Positions 22,378 through 57,100 of a stretch of DNA of 64,000 nucleotides are shown here, in pieces (position 1 is the first letter of the stretch; each line of letters opens with the position of its first letter). This DNA comes from Podarcis pityusensis (Eukaryota). Position numbers and translations under genes: made by a program. The stretch lies in NCBI GenBank assembly GCA_964106645.2, contig OZ067041.1, one strand, 5' to 3'. The notes beneath the pieces are model-generated. The model had not been told where the DNA came from, did no database searches, and was given only the letters and a program-made list of their open reading frames with translations.

Positions 22378-25300
22378 TTTATTTGCCATTTCTATACACA
22401 CTTCCTAGATAATCAAACTTTTCTGACACATTTTAGAGAGGGGGTTCACAATGAAACTGTCACTGTTTTTACTAAAAATAAATACAAGACTTAAAGTGTT
22501 GCACAGCTCTAAAATATACAAAGGCTTGGATTTAATGTAAACTTTGAAAACATTTTACAAAAGAAACCATCTTTGCAACAATTTAAAAAGTTCATATTTA
22601 CAAATATTACAAAAATACAAAATGGATGCAAGTCCATAAACCATTGTCTCTTCTGCCAGCATGAACTGGTGATAGTACCAAAATAGTTACACTGTAACCT
22701 TCTTAATTGGTTTTTTTTTTTAAACTTTTAAGTCATAACCTACAGTATTTCTCTAAATCTGCCACAATTGCAGCAAATGCACTCTATCAGTGACCTTTGG
22801 CAAATGCAAACATATGCTTTATTTGCTTCAGCTAATCCATATTCTCTATGCTGCCACAATATTAAAATAGGAAAGAAAAAATGTTATTGAAAGAAAAGAT
22901 CAAACAAACAGCTGCATAACTTCAAAAACCATTCTTGTAACATCAGTGCAAACAACATAATTGAAAGTTGGAATGATGGCTCACAAATTACTTATGTGTT
23001 TATACCCTGTTTCAAGATGGGATGTGTTTTGAGGGCTCTGACGACACTACTTGTGAGCACAGTCCTATGCATGTTTACTTGCAAGTAAGTCCCACTGCAT
23101 TCAATGAGGCATGCTCTCAGGAAACTGTGCATAAGATTGTCGATTTGGGTTGTTTTTATCTCCAAATTTTATCACCCTGGTCTAGAGATCTATGCACTCA
23201 TACACAGGCAAGGAGCTATTGCTGGTTATTCCCATTAACGTCAATGAAAGGGCATCACTGTGTGCATAAAGTTATGCCCCATCCTCAGTTCTAACGGGAG
23301 CAACCCTTGTGGGCAGCAGAGCTCCATTTGCCAACCATCTATTGCTGAATCAGGGGTTGTTTGCTAATATATATATTTTAAAGTGGATTTACAATCCATA
23401 TTCATTTGGGCTTTTAATCTGATAAACAGAAAATAGAAACACTTTGTCATAGATTTCTGAGTAAACAAAATAAGTTTTTTATATGATAGTTTTGTGAGCA
23501 TTACATAAGAAGGTGTTTCACTGCCTTCTAATTCAAGTTGCATGTATTTTTTTTAAATATATCTCTCTATATTTATATAGCTCTCTGTGGTATCAATACG
23601 AAATCATTAAATGCCTTGGAGTGTTATCCACAATGGAGGCGTTCGCCAGCCTCAGTGCACTGTGGATGGCACCTGCAAGACTGACATCTTGGAGAAACCA
23701 ATTCAGCTGTTTTCTATAACAGTTTTGCTATAAAACACATTAGCATTTTTTAAACAAATGAATTTGGCACTTGGATCCTAAACATGTGGTGGTGATATTT
23801 CTGCCTGTGACACTGAAGCAATGCCATTGGTGATGCTCCATTGTTAGCACCAAGAGTTGAGACTCAGTTGTCTTAGCATCAGGAGTTTGTAAGGGTACTC
23901 TGGCAGTAATTGAAAAGTGGCCTCAAATGGCACTTGTGCCTCCCATATCAAATTTATTATATTGTTCTTTTCTTTTTTTTAAACTACATGAATCTTGTCA
24001 ACCCACTAATGCTTTCTACTTCACTTGCTATTTGACCACTTTTTAGAGCTTGCTTAGTAGCTCTATTAGACTGCAATCCTGAATACATTTCCTGGGAGTA
24101 AGTCCCATTTAACTTTATGGGACTTACTTCTGAGACAACATGCATAGGATTGCACCATTAGACTTGCTTGTAATACTAACTAACACCTCTCTATTACACA
24201 TCCCTACCAAACATTTAGGTTAGGTTTTGCTTATAGCAGTCCAGATCCTAAATGTCTGCCCCAGCATATCTACCTACTCCGCCTCCATAACATCTCTGCA
24301 GTGTGCCAGAATGTTGTCATAGTTAGTGACAACATACTGGCTCAGAAGTGCAGATGGCCCATCCTAAATCTTTATTTGCCAGCATGGCAAATTTTAGAAT
24401 TGGACCAGTGATTTCCTGTTCTCACTAGTCTTTTTACACACATGCTTACCATTCATCTTTTGCCACACTGGAGGACTATAAGAAAACCTAAAAAAAGAAA
24501 ACCTTGTATATTTTTCACGAGCCCCTGATGAAGATGAACTTCAACAATTTGTGACTAATTTTGAATGTTATTATTTGCTCGATCATTTCAACTACAAACA
24601 ATATATTTAAGCTTATCCTTATGAGCAAACTAAAAAGTAATCCTCCCTCTGCTTTCCACCCCTTCTAAATTCCTAGTAAAACTTATTTCTGCTTGAAGCC
24701 AACTTATTTGTAGACTTACTAGTGACTATCAACTTAATTCTGCCATTTGATTCAATCTGTCCTGCACAACACATTCCTCCTTAAAACTGCCCTCAGCACT
24801 AAACCTTCCTGCATTTGTATTCCACAGTTAATATCAATGGACTGCATTTTAGAAAACTGGGCCTGAATGTCTATTTGATTTTGGAGTCTATTGCAATGGG
24901 GAAACTGATGCATCTATGGAAAATATTCTATTCTAAAATTAGTGACATTGTTTTGTGCATATGAGTGTGTGTTTTTTAAAACCCCTGTTGTACTTGATCT
25001 CATATCAATTTGTTTTTGCTCCTAGTTTTCCGACAAGAAAATTCAAGTAACTTCAAGTAATCCAGCTTTTGTTTCCCTGCCTTCATTTATTCAAAGTATT
25101 TGCTTGGATTCCTTTTCTACCCCACCCACTACATATTCCCACCCTGTTAAGCATTTCTGGTAAAGCCAGGACCAAAAGAAACTGAGCTGTATGTGGCTGG
25201 CATAATAGACCAAAGAGCTTCCCCATTCCAAGTTTAGTAAGCTATATGTAAGTTTAGTAAGTATGCATACATACACCTATTTCTCAGCTATTTTTTTTCA

Positions 25301-26907
25301 CAGTGTCATTTTCTAAATATTTAGGTAGCATGAATGTTGTCCGCACAAAGCTTCACTGAAAAGTTGTTACACAATTTTATTGATGAATCAAGAGCATTTG
25401 TTGCATGCTTAATAGTTATTTACTTTATGAACATGAAACTAATCTTGTTTCAAGATTTACGTTACCAGGTTATGACTAGGTCACCCAACAGCCTAGTAGT
25501 AGTAGTAATATGAAAACATTTCCTTATACTTGCCCCCTCTTTACAGTAATTGTTCAAATTAAGTGTCAAACATCAGAGTAAAGTCTGACAGCTCATATTT
25601 TGCATTTAGAAGAGGGGGAGGTGTTTATTTTCCTATTTAAAGTGTGCTTTTTACCCGAACAATTGTTGTTCTTGTTCTTGTTATGGTTATGGAGGCACTA
25701 GAAACTTAAATCCGTTTAACAGATGTGGCTTCCCCCAAGAAATCCTGGAGTTGTAGTTGTGTAATGGGGCTAAGAATCTCTATGGCATGTGTGGGCAACC
25801 TTTGGACTGCTAAGTCCCCCCCCCCCATGCTTCTGAATTTTGCTGTTTACATGCAAAGGAAAACACACAGAGGGAATCATCGTTGTGAGCCTTCCTTGCT
25901 ATATAAATTGCACTCTCCATAGGTTGCCAAATACAATGGGGAGGAAGATGTCTGGGAAGAGAAAATAGGATTAACTTGATTTAAGAGACTGATATTATTC
26001 TCATTCTACCAACTGCAGTCTGACTAACTACACTTCTCTAGATTCTTGGCAGGGGATTGGGAGAAGCCTCAACTGCAAATCTGGTTTATAAACAGTTTGT
26101 ATTTGTAGTGCCTGCCAATAAGCCTCTTGCCACAAGCTGCTCTTCGAAATTAGCTTGTTTGGAACAGCACTTTTGGAAAGAAAATTGATCAGATAATATC
26201 AAATTAATCTTATAATAATATTTTATTCAGATTTCCCCAAATTAAAGGGTTAAATTTGTGTTAGAGGCTTTCATTATTCAATTACAAGTGGTAGATATGT
26301 AAATTATGTTTGATATTAAAATTGTATTCACAGAATACAGTCAGTACCTTTTTTAATCCTTTTTTTGTCTTTCAACAAGGTTATCGTTTGCCACCAACCA
26401 ATTTTCTCTCTGATAATTCTATTTACACATGTTTATCAAAAATATGGATATGTACATCTGTTTTGTTCATTTCTTCTAAATTTTGTTTCTGTTCATTTTA
26501 ATGTAAAAAAATACCAATTCCTCAAGCAATTTAATGTTTTTTCCCTAGGGAAGCACAACAGTGAAGGTAATGTTTTTGATCCTAAATGACATCTTTGGAG
26601 GGGCAGAGGGAATTCTGAAAATTGGATAATGTAAATCTACATTGACAATGAGAAACATGAAGACAAATGAAATGAAAGTTAACCATTTAGTAAATTTCTA
26701 CTTATAGAAAAATGTGAAGTAATAAATAGCTACAGATCATCTTCTCATCTCCCAGTCTCTTAAGCAACCCTTAGCATTTTCAAGCATCAATATTGCCCTG
26801 CATGGTATTTGACTGCTACAGAATTGGCCTTTTATAGTCAGGTGAGCCAAGTGATTGCAGAGTCCTCCCATTTAACAGTCAGAAGTGTGCTCTGGCCCAG
26901 GTGTAGC
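22378..26907 (-). other. NHS: Putative long NHS 3'UTR (about 4.4 kb)
   Basis: AU-rich and largely free of long repeats; candidate poly(A) signals on the minus strand: ATTAAA 22531-22536, AGTAAA 22468-22473, AATAAA 22378-22383. The end point is inferred. Confidence 0.5.
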
Positions 26908-48805
<21,898 letters not shown>

Positions 48806-50411
48806 CTGCAGAACCAAAGAGAAAAGGACATTTAACTCACACACATAATGGAGCAGTCAAGTCTTTTCAAATGCATCAAATCTGCTCAGAAATCAATGCA
48901 ACTATTAAAAAAAAGGAATTTTAATTTGAAACAGGGAAGGTGATTTCTGGTCGTAATTCAAATCCATAAGTTTAAGAAATGCCAGGGTTCATGAATCCAC
49001 CAGATTTTAGAAACATTTTGAAGAGTACCCACTGCCTGTATGAATGAAAAAACAAATGAATGAGGAGATGGATGTGAATAAACTCACTGAAACATTTTGA
49101 GAACAGCATGAATAAAATGGATACAAAATTAGACACAGAATAGCTTTACCCTCAGATATATTGGCTTATTTTTATTTATCTAGGTCAGTCAGAAGCATAA
49201 TGAATTCTGACATTTACTAATAATCTTTAAATTTTTAGAAAGCCACCAGAAAATATAAGACCATTATTATATTAGCTGATCAATGATCAGATTTCATTCT
49301 CATTCGCATGATACACTAATAAAAGATGACAGTAATCATCACTGATTTGCAAACCAAGCAAGTTTCCTAACACACATTTCTGACATTTACCAGTAAATCT
49401 CTTGAGTAAATTTACATACATTATTGGTATAGGACATTTATGAAGACACACGGGTGTAAATGACAAAAATAAGTTTTGTGACATGGAAGTCTCTGGCATT
49501 CACTGGTATAACTTGAGTCTACTAAGCACCTTCAGCAAATGGCCCTATTTCACTTAAAAAAATAATATAATATATTTTAAATACAGAAAAGGCTGTAGCA
49601 CTATAACAACAGCTTATGTTGCCTTGAAATATATAATGCACCAACTTTGAAGTAGCTTTTCTCTTTTCTTGTACCTTCAAATCCCCCATCTTTGAGCACA
49701 GTTAAAACCATCACTCTGTATTTCATAATCAAACACTTTCAGGTTCCTGATTACAAGATGCAGGTACTGGCAGAGTCTGGCAAAGGAAGGGAAGGAGCAT
49801 GGAGGCAATGAAGTTGGTGGGAGGAAGAAGTTGCCAGGAGAAACTAGTTGTAAAGAGATCCTGCATGCTGGAATCTGCAAATGGGAGTTGCAGGATTGGG
49901 TGTTTAAAGTAGCCAATGTGCCCTTGCTGTCAACAGTGGCTAATGCAGGTGACCCTGCCATTCTATTAACTGGAGCAATGTAAGAAACAATACCTTAGTG
50001 TAGCAGCACCTCTGGAACTCAATGCCTATTGGCAAGCTGCTGCCTTCTCTGTACCCTTTTGTGCGCCTAAAAACACTTGTTTAAACAAGCCTATCCAGAC
50101 ATGTAGAATGTTGATGTATGCATTAATCTGTTTTTAGTTTATTGCTGATTCTATCTTTTGAGTGTAATCATTGATAATTTAATTTATTCTCTTTGTAAAT
50201 TGCTTTGAGGTTCCCCCCCCCCAATCAAGTGGTATAGAAATTTTATTAAATAAATAAAGAGATTTTCAGAATCTGCATCTTTTGTATTTTAACCTTGAAT
50301 TCCTTGGATGAAATGTGGCATATAAATATTTTATACTGTACCATCATCCTTCTTTCTTACACTTAAAATGCATCAGCTTCTGTCACTGATTGATAGTTAT
50401 CTACGTACAGG

Positions 50412-50546
50412 TAGTGCTTTTTTCAGCTGGAGCCCATCAAAGCTCAGTTCTGGCACCTCTTAAATGGGTGCCATTGCCATTGTAAGAGAACAAGGAAGAA
50501 GTTCATGGTGAGGTCCAGCACCTCTTTTCCTAGAAAAATAGCACTG
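50412..50546. mobile_element. hAT-type MITE
   Basis: tagtgctttt...aaatagcactg, 8-bp TSD cgtacagg/ggtacagg. Confidence 0.75.
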
Positions 50547-50764
50547 GGTACAGGGCACACAGCCAATGTATGTGAACAGCTTTGTCACATGAAGACAGGC
50601 ACCACATGGACTGGTTTACAGCTGCCCACATACAGTGGCTATGCCTTGTACCCTGGCCCACATTGATGATTACATGCAATTCCCAAGCATGAAGACAAGC
50701 AGATTTTCTAGTTTTCCACTCTTGATCATAAACACCCATCATTCATAGCCTCTGCTCTCAGCTT

Positions 50765-50791
50765 TCTTCTTCTTCTTCTTCTTCTTCTTCT
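50765..50791. repeat. (CTT)n microsatellite
   Basis: Read directly. Confidence 0.9.
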
Positions 50792-51089
50792 TTAATCCTG
50801 TCGCTAAGCTGTGTATGGATGCTTGAAGGGAGTCTGGCTTAGTTCACTCAGGCGTGTTTGTTCTAATAATAACAACACAAAGGCCAGCAAGAAAGATTTC
50901 TGCTCTATTTATTTTGATAGATCCAAGGGGTTACCCCCACGGCTCTGTCTGCTTTCCTAGACTCTCACATTTCCCTTTTCCTTCTTTTGCAATTTCTCAA
51001 CCCTTAATTACCAAATGGAGAATATGGTTTAAAAGAATTCTAGCCAGCGTCCCAAGTGAGCAGGTTTTAAGGTATATAAATAATAAAAT

Positions 51090-51116
51090 TGTGTGTGTGT
51101 GTGTGTGTGTGTGTGT
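51090..51116. repeat. (TG)n microsatellite
   Basis: Read directly; another at 58878-58901. Confidence 0.95.
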
Positions 51117-51403
51117 GATTTAAAAGTCAGGGACATATTTTTTTTCAGCAGATGGAGTGCGGTAAAGGATGGATATGTAAAATGTCAAGTTGCCACATTG
51201 TAATTGGGAAGTCTTAAATGCATCATTAAAAGGGTTAAGTCCCAGTGCAGTGTAGACATAGGCCCAGTGCAGATGGAATTGAAACCATGGTTTTCTGATT
51301 CGTGAACAAGTTGTGGCTCCATCCTCATATCTCCTTTTTCTCATGCCATAGGATATTGGAAGCTTTTATTTCCTTATTTTAAACCTATCATACTTTCCCA
51401 TTA

Positions 51404-51637
51404 CAGTGGAACCTTGGTTCTCAAATGGTTTAGTTGATGAACAAATCAGCTCCTGAACGCCAAAAGCCCAGAAGTAAGTGTTCCGGTTTTTGAACATTTT
51501 TTGGAAGCCAAATGTCTGATGCGGCTGTTGTTTCCAGGGCGCCTGCGCCAGTCAGAAGCCGTGCCTTGGTTTTCGAATGTTTCGGGAGTTGAACGGACTT
51601 CCGGAACGGATTAAGTTCGAGAACCAAGGTATCACTG
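51404..51637. mobile_element. Tigger-like MITE
   Basis: CAGTGGAACCTTGGTTCTC...GAGAACCAAGGTATCACTG, TA TSD. Confidence 0.85.
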
Positions 51638-53865
51638 TACATCCTAACTCAGGGGACGGTGGCTGGATTACACTCTAGTTTAGGGTAACAAATCTGTGGC
51701 CTGTATTGTTGGACTATGACTTCCATCACTTCCAGCCAGCAAGATCAATAATCAGGGATGATAGGGGTTATTGTCCCAACAGCATGTGGAGGGCCAAAGG
51801 TTAGCCATCTATGCATTAGAACAGGGTGAAAGAAAATCACAGGAGGGGTTTTATATAGAAAAAAGGGAAAAAACAGGAAAGCATGTAAATCACGGCAATG
51901 CTTCTAAACTTCTAGCCATGGTTAAGAAATCGGGAAGACAATATCTGTTCTGATTCTTAGATTATAAAAGAAAGAATCTAAGAGTAGTTATGCAAGTACA
52001 CAAGTTTTTCGTAGACAAGAGTAGTCCACAAAATTTGACTCAGATCAATCACTCCCCCATACAAAAAAATGTGTGAGAAAACTGGGGATAATTCGAAGCA
52101 AAACACTCCCCACCTGTTCACAACAGAATAATACAGTACCAAGGTATCAAAAAGCCTACAGACGTAATCTGTGGGTCAGGCAGGTTTTTTTCTTCAGTGC
52201 CACTTTACTCTCTTATGAAGAGTCAACCAGTTGCAATATTCTTCCTAATTAACATATTCATTCATTAAAAGCAGCAAATTCCCTGGGCTGCTCCATTCAG
52301 ATCTACTAAGCCACTGAACTAGGAATTGTACAGATTATAATTCATAAGCAACCAATGTCTTAACTTTCTCCATACTGCAATGCCCAATCCTGCACCAATA
52401 CTTTAAGAAATGCAGGAGAAAGGGTCTCATTTTTAAAAGCGTGCCCTCCAATTCTGGAAAGGGGCATGTGCATTCTTTAAATAAAAATATATGGAATCAA
52501 TAGAACATTATGGGAAGGAAACAGGTATTCTTTTACCTCACTGATACAATTTGAAACCCCTTTTAAAACAGTCCCCAAACTGCATCCTGTTGCAAGAGAA
52601 AGGCAAAGGGGAAGGGGGAAGCACTTGTTTTGCACACAAAAGGTATCAGCTTCAGTCCCCCTTGGCAGCTCCAGGTAAGGCTGGGAAAGATCCTTCTCTG
52701 AAACTGCAGAAAGCTCCTGTCAAGTCTGTAGACAATTCTCAGAAGGGGCTCTGCTCTGACTCTCTCTATGGCAGCTTCCTATGTTTCCCAAGTCAACAGT
52801 ATTTCCATGTCTGTACAAGCCCTAAGCTGAACCTGAGGGAGGACCAATTCTTCCACATCTAGCTGCATGATGAGTCAACAGGAGCACTGTTTGTTTCTAG
52901 CATTGACTGCCACAGAATATTGTAAGAAAAACAGAAAATTAATTTCAAGACAGAACCAGTTCATCTCAGATACAAGATAAGCTGGGAACACATCCAACTA
53001 CATCAAGCATATTAGTGCATAAATGTTTCATGGAGGCAAGTGCCAAGACTGATGTACATTTTATTTATAGCCCAGAATGCCTTCAATGATATTCCCCCCT
53101 TGCAGGAGCTTGTGTCTTTTGCTGCCATATTCTGGAAGTTAAAGTCTATAATGCTGGCAAAGCATACACATTATTGCTTGTCATGCATGACCATGCTAAA
53201 CAAAGCAGTCACTTCTCATTCTGCAGAAGCCACTCTTAAACCTCTTGAGCCAAGGCAGCATGGAATATCCACTGCGATCCGTTAGCTAGAAAATTAGACT
53301 TGGATCTCTGGATTCAGATTCTGCCAATAACATATTTTTGTGGTCCTGGGCAAGTAAAGGAACTTATCTCTCAGGCTCAGTAAAATGGGAACAATAGTGA
53401 CTAATCTCACATGCAGATGTAGGAAAGTGTGGTAAAAATGGTAAAGCACTTTGCAGATAAAAAGTGCTGTAGAACTAGTTTGGTGCAATGGTAGAAATCA
53501 ATGAGCTAGAAGTAAACCTCCCAATTTGTTGGGTGGCTTTAGGCAAACAGCCATGGCCCAGTATAGAGGCAATGGGCTTCATCTGAAGCTCAACACACGT
53601 AGTTCTGTTGGTGCAACGGGTCTTCCATTTGCTCTCCCCGCTGCACACACCTCAAATATGCTCTGGAGGGTCCCCCAACCCTTTGGAGCTGATTCTGAGG
53701 ATGCATATCCAGATAGAGGAAACTGCTGTGCTCATTTAAGTCTGTTGTGACAGCAGAGCTGTAGCACTGAATATGGCCCAAGGTCTCTTGATCTGTTAAG
53801 CATATTTAAGAGATCAGAAGATCCCCCTATATTTGCAGGGGGTGGTTCCCAGCTCAGTGGCAGTA

Positions 53866-54114
53866 CAGTGGTACCTTGGGTTACAGACGCTTCAGGTTAC
53901 ATACGCTTCAGGTTACAGACTCCGCTAACCACCCAGAAATAGAACCTTGGGTTAAGAACTTTGCTTCAAGGATGAGAACAGAAATCGTGCTTTGGCGGTG
54001 CAGCGGCAGCAGTGGGAGACCACATTAGCTAAAGTGGTGCTTCAGGTTAAGAACAGTTTCAGGTTAAGAACGGACCTACAGAACGAATTAAGTACTTAAC
54101 CCGACGTACCACTG
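53866..54114. mobile_element. Tigger-like MITE inserted in an older SINE-like repeat
   Basis: CAGTGGTAC TIRs, TA TSD; the flanks (agctcagtgg... / ...gggctggga...gcagattcct) resemble the degenerate repeat at 52650-52790. Confidence 0.85.
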
Positions 54115-57100
54115 TACTTTGCATGAAGAACATCTGCGAGCAGGGCTGGGAATGTTCCCTGTTTGAAACCTTCCAGAGCCACTACCTGTCAGTGCTGACA
54201 ATAATGTGCTAGAGAGAACAACTGTATGATTTAGTATGAAGCAGATTCCTCCCCTTCTTACTTTTATCCTGCACAATTTCCCCTCCATTCTCCTTTTTTA
54301 TCATCATATTTAAATCCATATCTGTGGCCTGATGTAGTTTACATAGTAGCCTGATATGTAACCCAAATCACAATTTGCAATCCTGCATCCGACTAGATTT
54401 TAAAACAATGGCTCGGCACTAACTATAGTTAGCAAAATAATCAGTTCTAATTGTCGGTATTTTAAAAAACTGAACTGGATGGAGAAAGGAACAGGGAGGA
54501 TGAGAAGGTTACGGGAGGAGTGTGCAAACTCACAGGGCACTTGCATTCCCTAAACCACTGTTTGGTGCTCATCAGTTACATCTGCACTGGGCAGGTATAG
54601 CTGGCATTAATCAGGAGTTATAAGACAGCTTCAAATTCTGGTTTCACATTTCATTGTAAAGCCAGTGTGTCAAGACTACAGTGGATTATGGTAAACCACT
54701 TTGAGGGTGGTTATTATTATTATTATTATTATAACCAACCAACCAAGCTGTATATAAATTTTATGAAATAAATAAAAATAAATGATATTGAAAGGGGAAG
54801 GGGGGTAGGAAATCATGCGCAAGGGAAGAAGGGGAGGGTACAGAGTAAGTGGCAATTCTATATCTTACGGGGGTTTTGTAAAAAAAAATGTTTTTATTAA
54901 AGATTTTCTTGGGTTAAATTCTAATATCTTGTTAAGAGACCAGGAAATGTGTTAAGTCAGCACTGGGTCTGTTTCTGTTCCCCCATCTGTAATATATGAG
55001 TGGCCTCCCAGGACTGAAAGAGGATAATGTATATTAAGCAGTTAGAACATTTAGAACTATACAAACAAACATATACTTGTATATTATTAGTAATTATCAT
55101 TTTTAGCAGTATTATATAGAATTTGTCATAGGGAACTATCAATAATAACCTGTGGTGGCTGATATCCCTTGTAAGGTGCAAGGCAAGAGGGCCCGCAGGA
55201 GCCATAGCCAATGAAAGGCAGAGCCAATGACTTCTGTTTTTCCACCCATCTTTCTTCCTGCTGAGTTCTGTAAGGTCAACCCTGAAGCTAAAATGGAGGA
55301 AGCAGGCAGCCAAGGCCTGGACTGGTTGTAAGTAAGAAGGCAAGCAGATGAGGGTTTGCTGAGGGCAGGCTGTGGTGCTGTGGTTGGTGGCACAGTGCCC
55401 CAGTTGCCCTTGTGGACCAGCCTCCCCTGGTAATAAATGCACACATATAGCAGCTGCTAGACATGCCAAAATAACTTTCCAGAAGCTTCCGAAGGTCTTC
55501 TGGAATTCGTTCATGTCTCACCTCGACGTGCCCATTCCAAGGGCGCTCCAAGCCAGAGCTCACTGAGTCCTGCAGCAGAGGAAGCACGCTGGAACGGAAA
55601 GCAGCTGTTCACATCAGTTGAGCTTATGGGCCATTTTATGTGGCATCTGGAAACGCTTGCTGAAAGGGTGTTTTATTTATGCTAATGGCTCTGGGAATGG
55701 CCATCTTTGATAACTAAAGGTCAACCAAACCACATGCTTCAATTATCCTGTCAAGAAGCAGGATGCTCTAGCGGGCCTGTTTTTCAACAGGCCTCAACAC
55801 CCTTGTGGGGGTCCAAAATGAGTTACGATTCCATTCACCTAGGCTGCTCAGCTCTTCTGAAAAGTTGGCCACCACCGATATATTGGAAGCTGCCATATGT
55901 GCAGCCACTTCTTGCTCTTTCCTAGGTGACTAATTAGGGTCTGGTTTTTTTCAAAAACCTGACCAAATTCGCAAATACTGCACAAATACCTGCCTACTCA
56001 ACCTCTTCAATCTGCAGAACGTGCAGTTTTGCAAGTGCCATATAATGGTGTTCCACATCTGTGAGGAGTAAAAAAAAATATTTAGCATGGCAGCTCTTAT
56101 GCTTTGGAGCTCCCTGCTTATTAACATTAAGCAGGCACCCTCACTATACTGTAATATGGATATTCCAGTATGCCTACCAGACATATAGTTTCATTACGTA
56201 TAATTGGGTTTTGCCATTTTGTTGCTTTTATCTGTATATTGCTGATCGTTATTTTATGTAAATCACTGAAATGGGGTTTTTTTTTAAGCCATTCAGATTT
56301 TTTCTGAATAAAAATAAATAAGTTTTAAAGCCACCCAAGTGCGAACATTTGCAAATATGCCTTTTTTAAAATAAAAAAATCTCCATAGTATGAAGGCTAC
56401 CAGGGATTAAAACCAGGTTGAGTTTATACACCACATTATTCACATATCCTTTGTCATCGTTTGGTAAACTGAACTGTGAGAAATTGCTATATTTTTGTTT
56501 TAAAATCATGTTAAACATTATTGCTGAATTTTGTTTTTAAAATGTTTCATTTATACCCTATCTTTCCTTGAGGGAGCTCAATACAGTGTGCTTGGTTCCT
56601 CTCCCATTCTGACAACAGCCCTGTGAAGTAGGCAAGGCCAAGAGTGTCTGCCTCTGGGATTTGAACCTAGATCTTCTCAGTTTTAGTCTGACACTCTAAC
56701 AAACCATACTAGCATTATTAAAGATACATGTAAAAAAAGAAAAGCAAAACAAATAATCAACAAAAACAAGACACAAAGGGTTGTATTCATCACTGAGTAG
56801 GACCAGTGTAGGAGTGGGAGCAGACCCATTGAAAAGAATGCACATGACTAACTTAGGTTACTTTCAGCCGGTTTATGCAGAATATAAGTTGGATACCACC
56901 CAAACATCTCTGGTGGGTAGTCTCAGGCATGTAGCTTCATGAAAACAGAGGCAGATGTCAGTAGAGAAATCTCAACAACCTGAAACTGATTGATAAACAT
57001 TCATCTCAGTCATTACCCACGGCCCTCCTTGTTACTCAAACTTGACCCATTATAATAAATATATACGCATCTGTATTGCTTCAGTATATTTTCTTTTTCT

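Noticed and set aside
54957-55514. 185-aa minus-strand ORF
   Set aside because: No recognisable homology; its frame meets the nearby donor in phase 2, incompatible with NHS exon 2.
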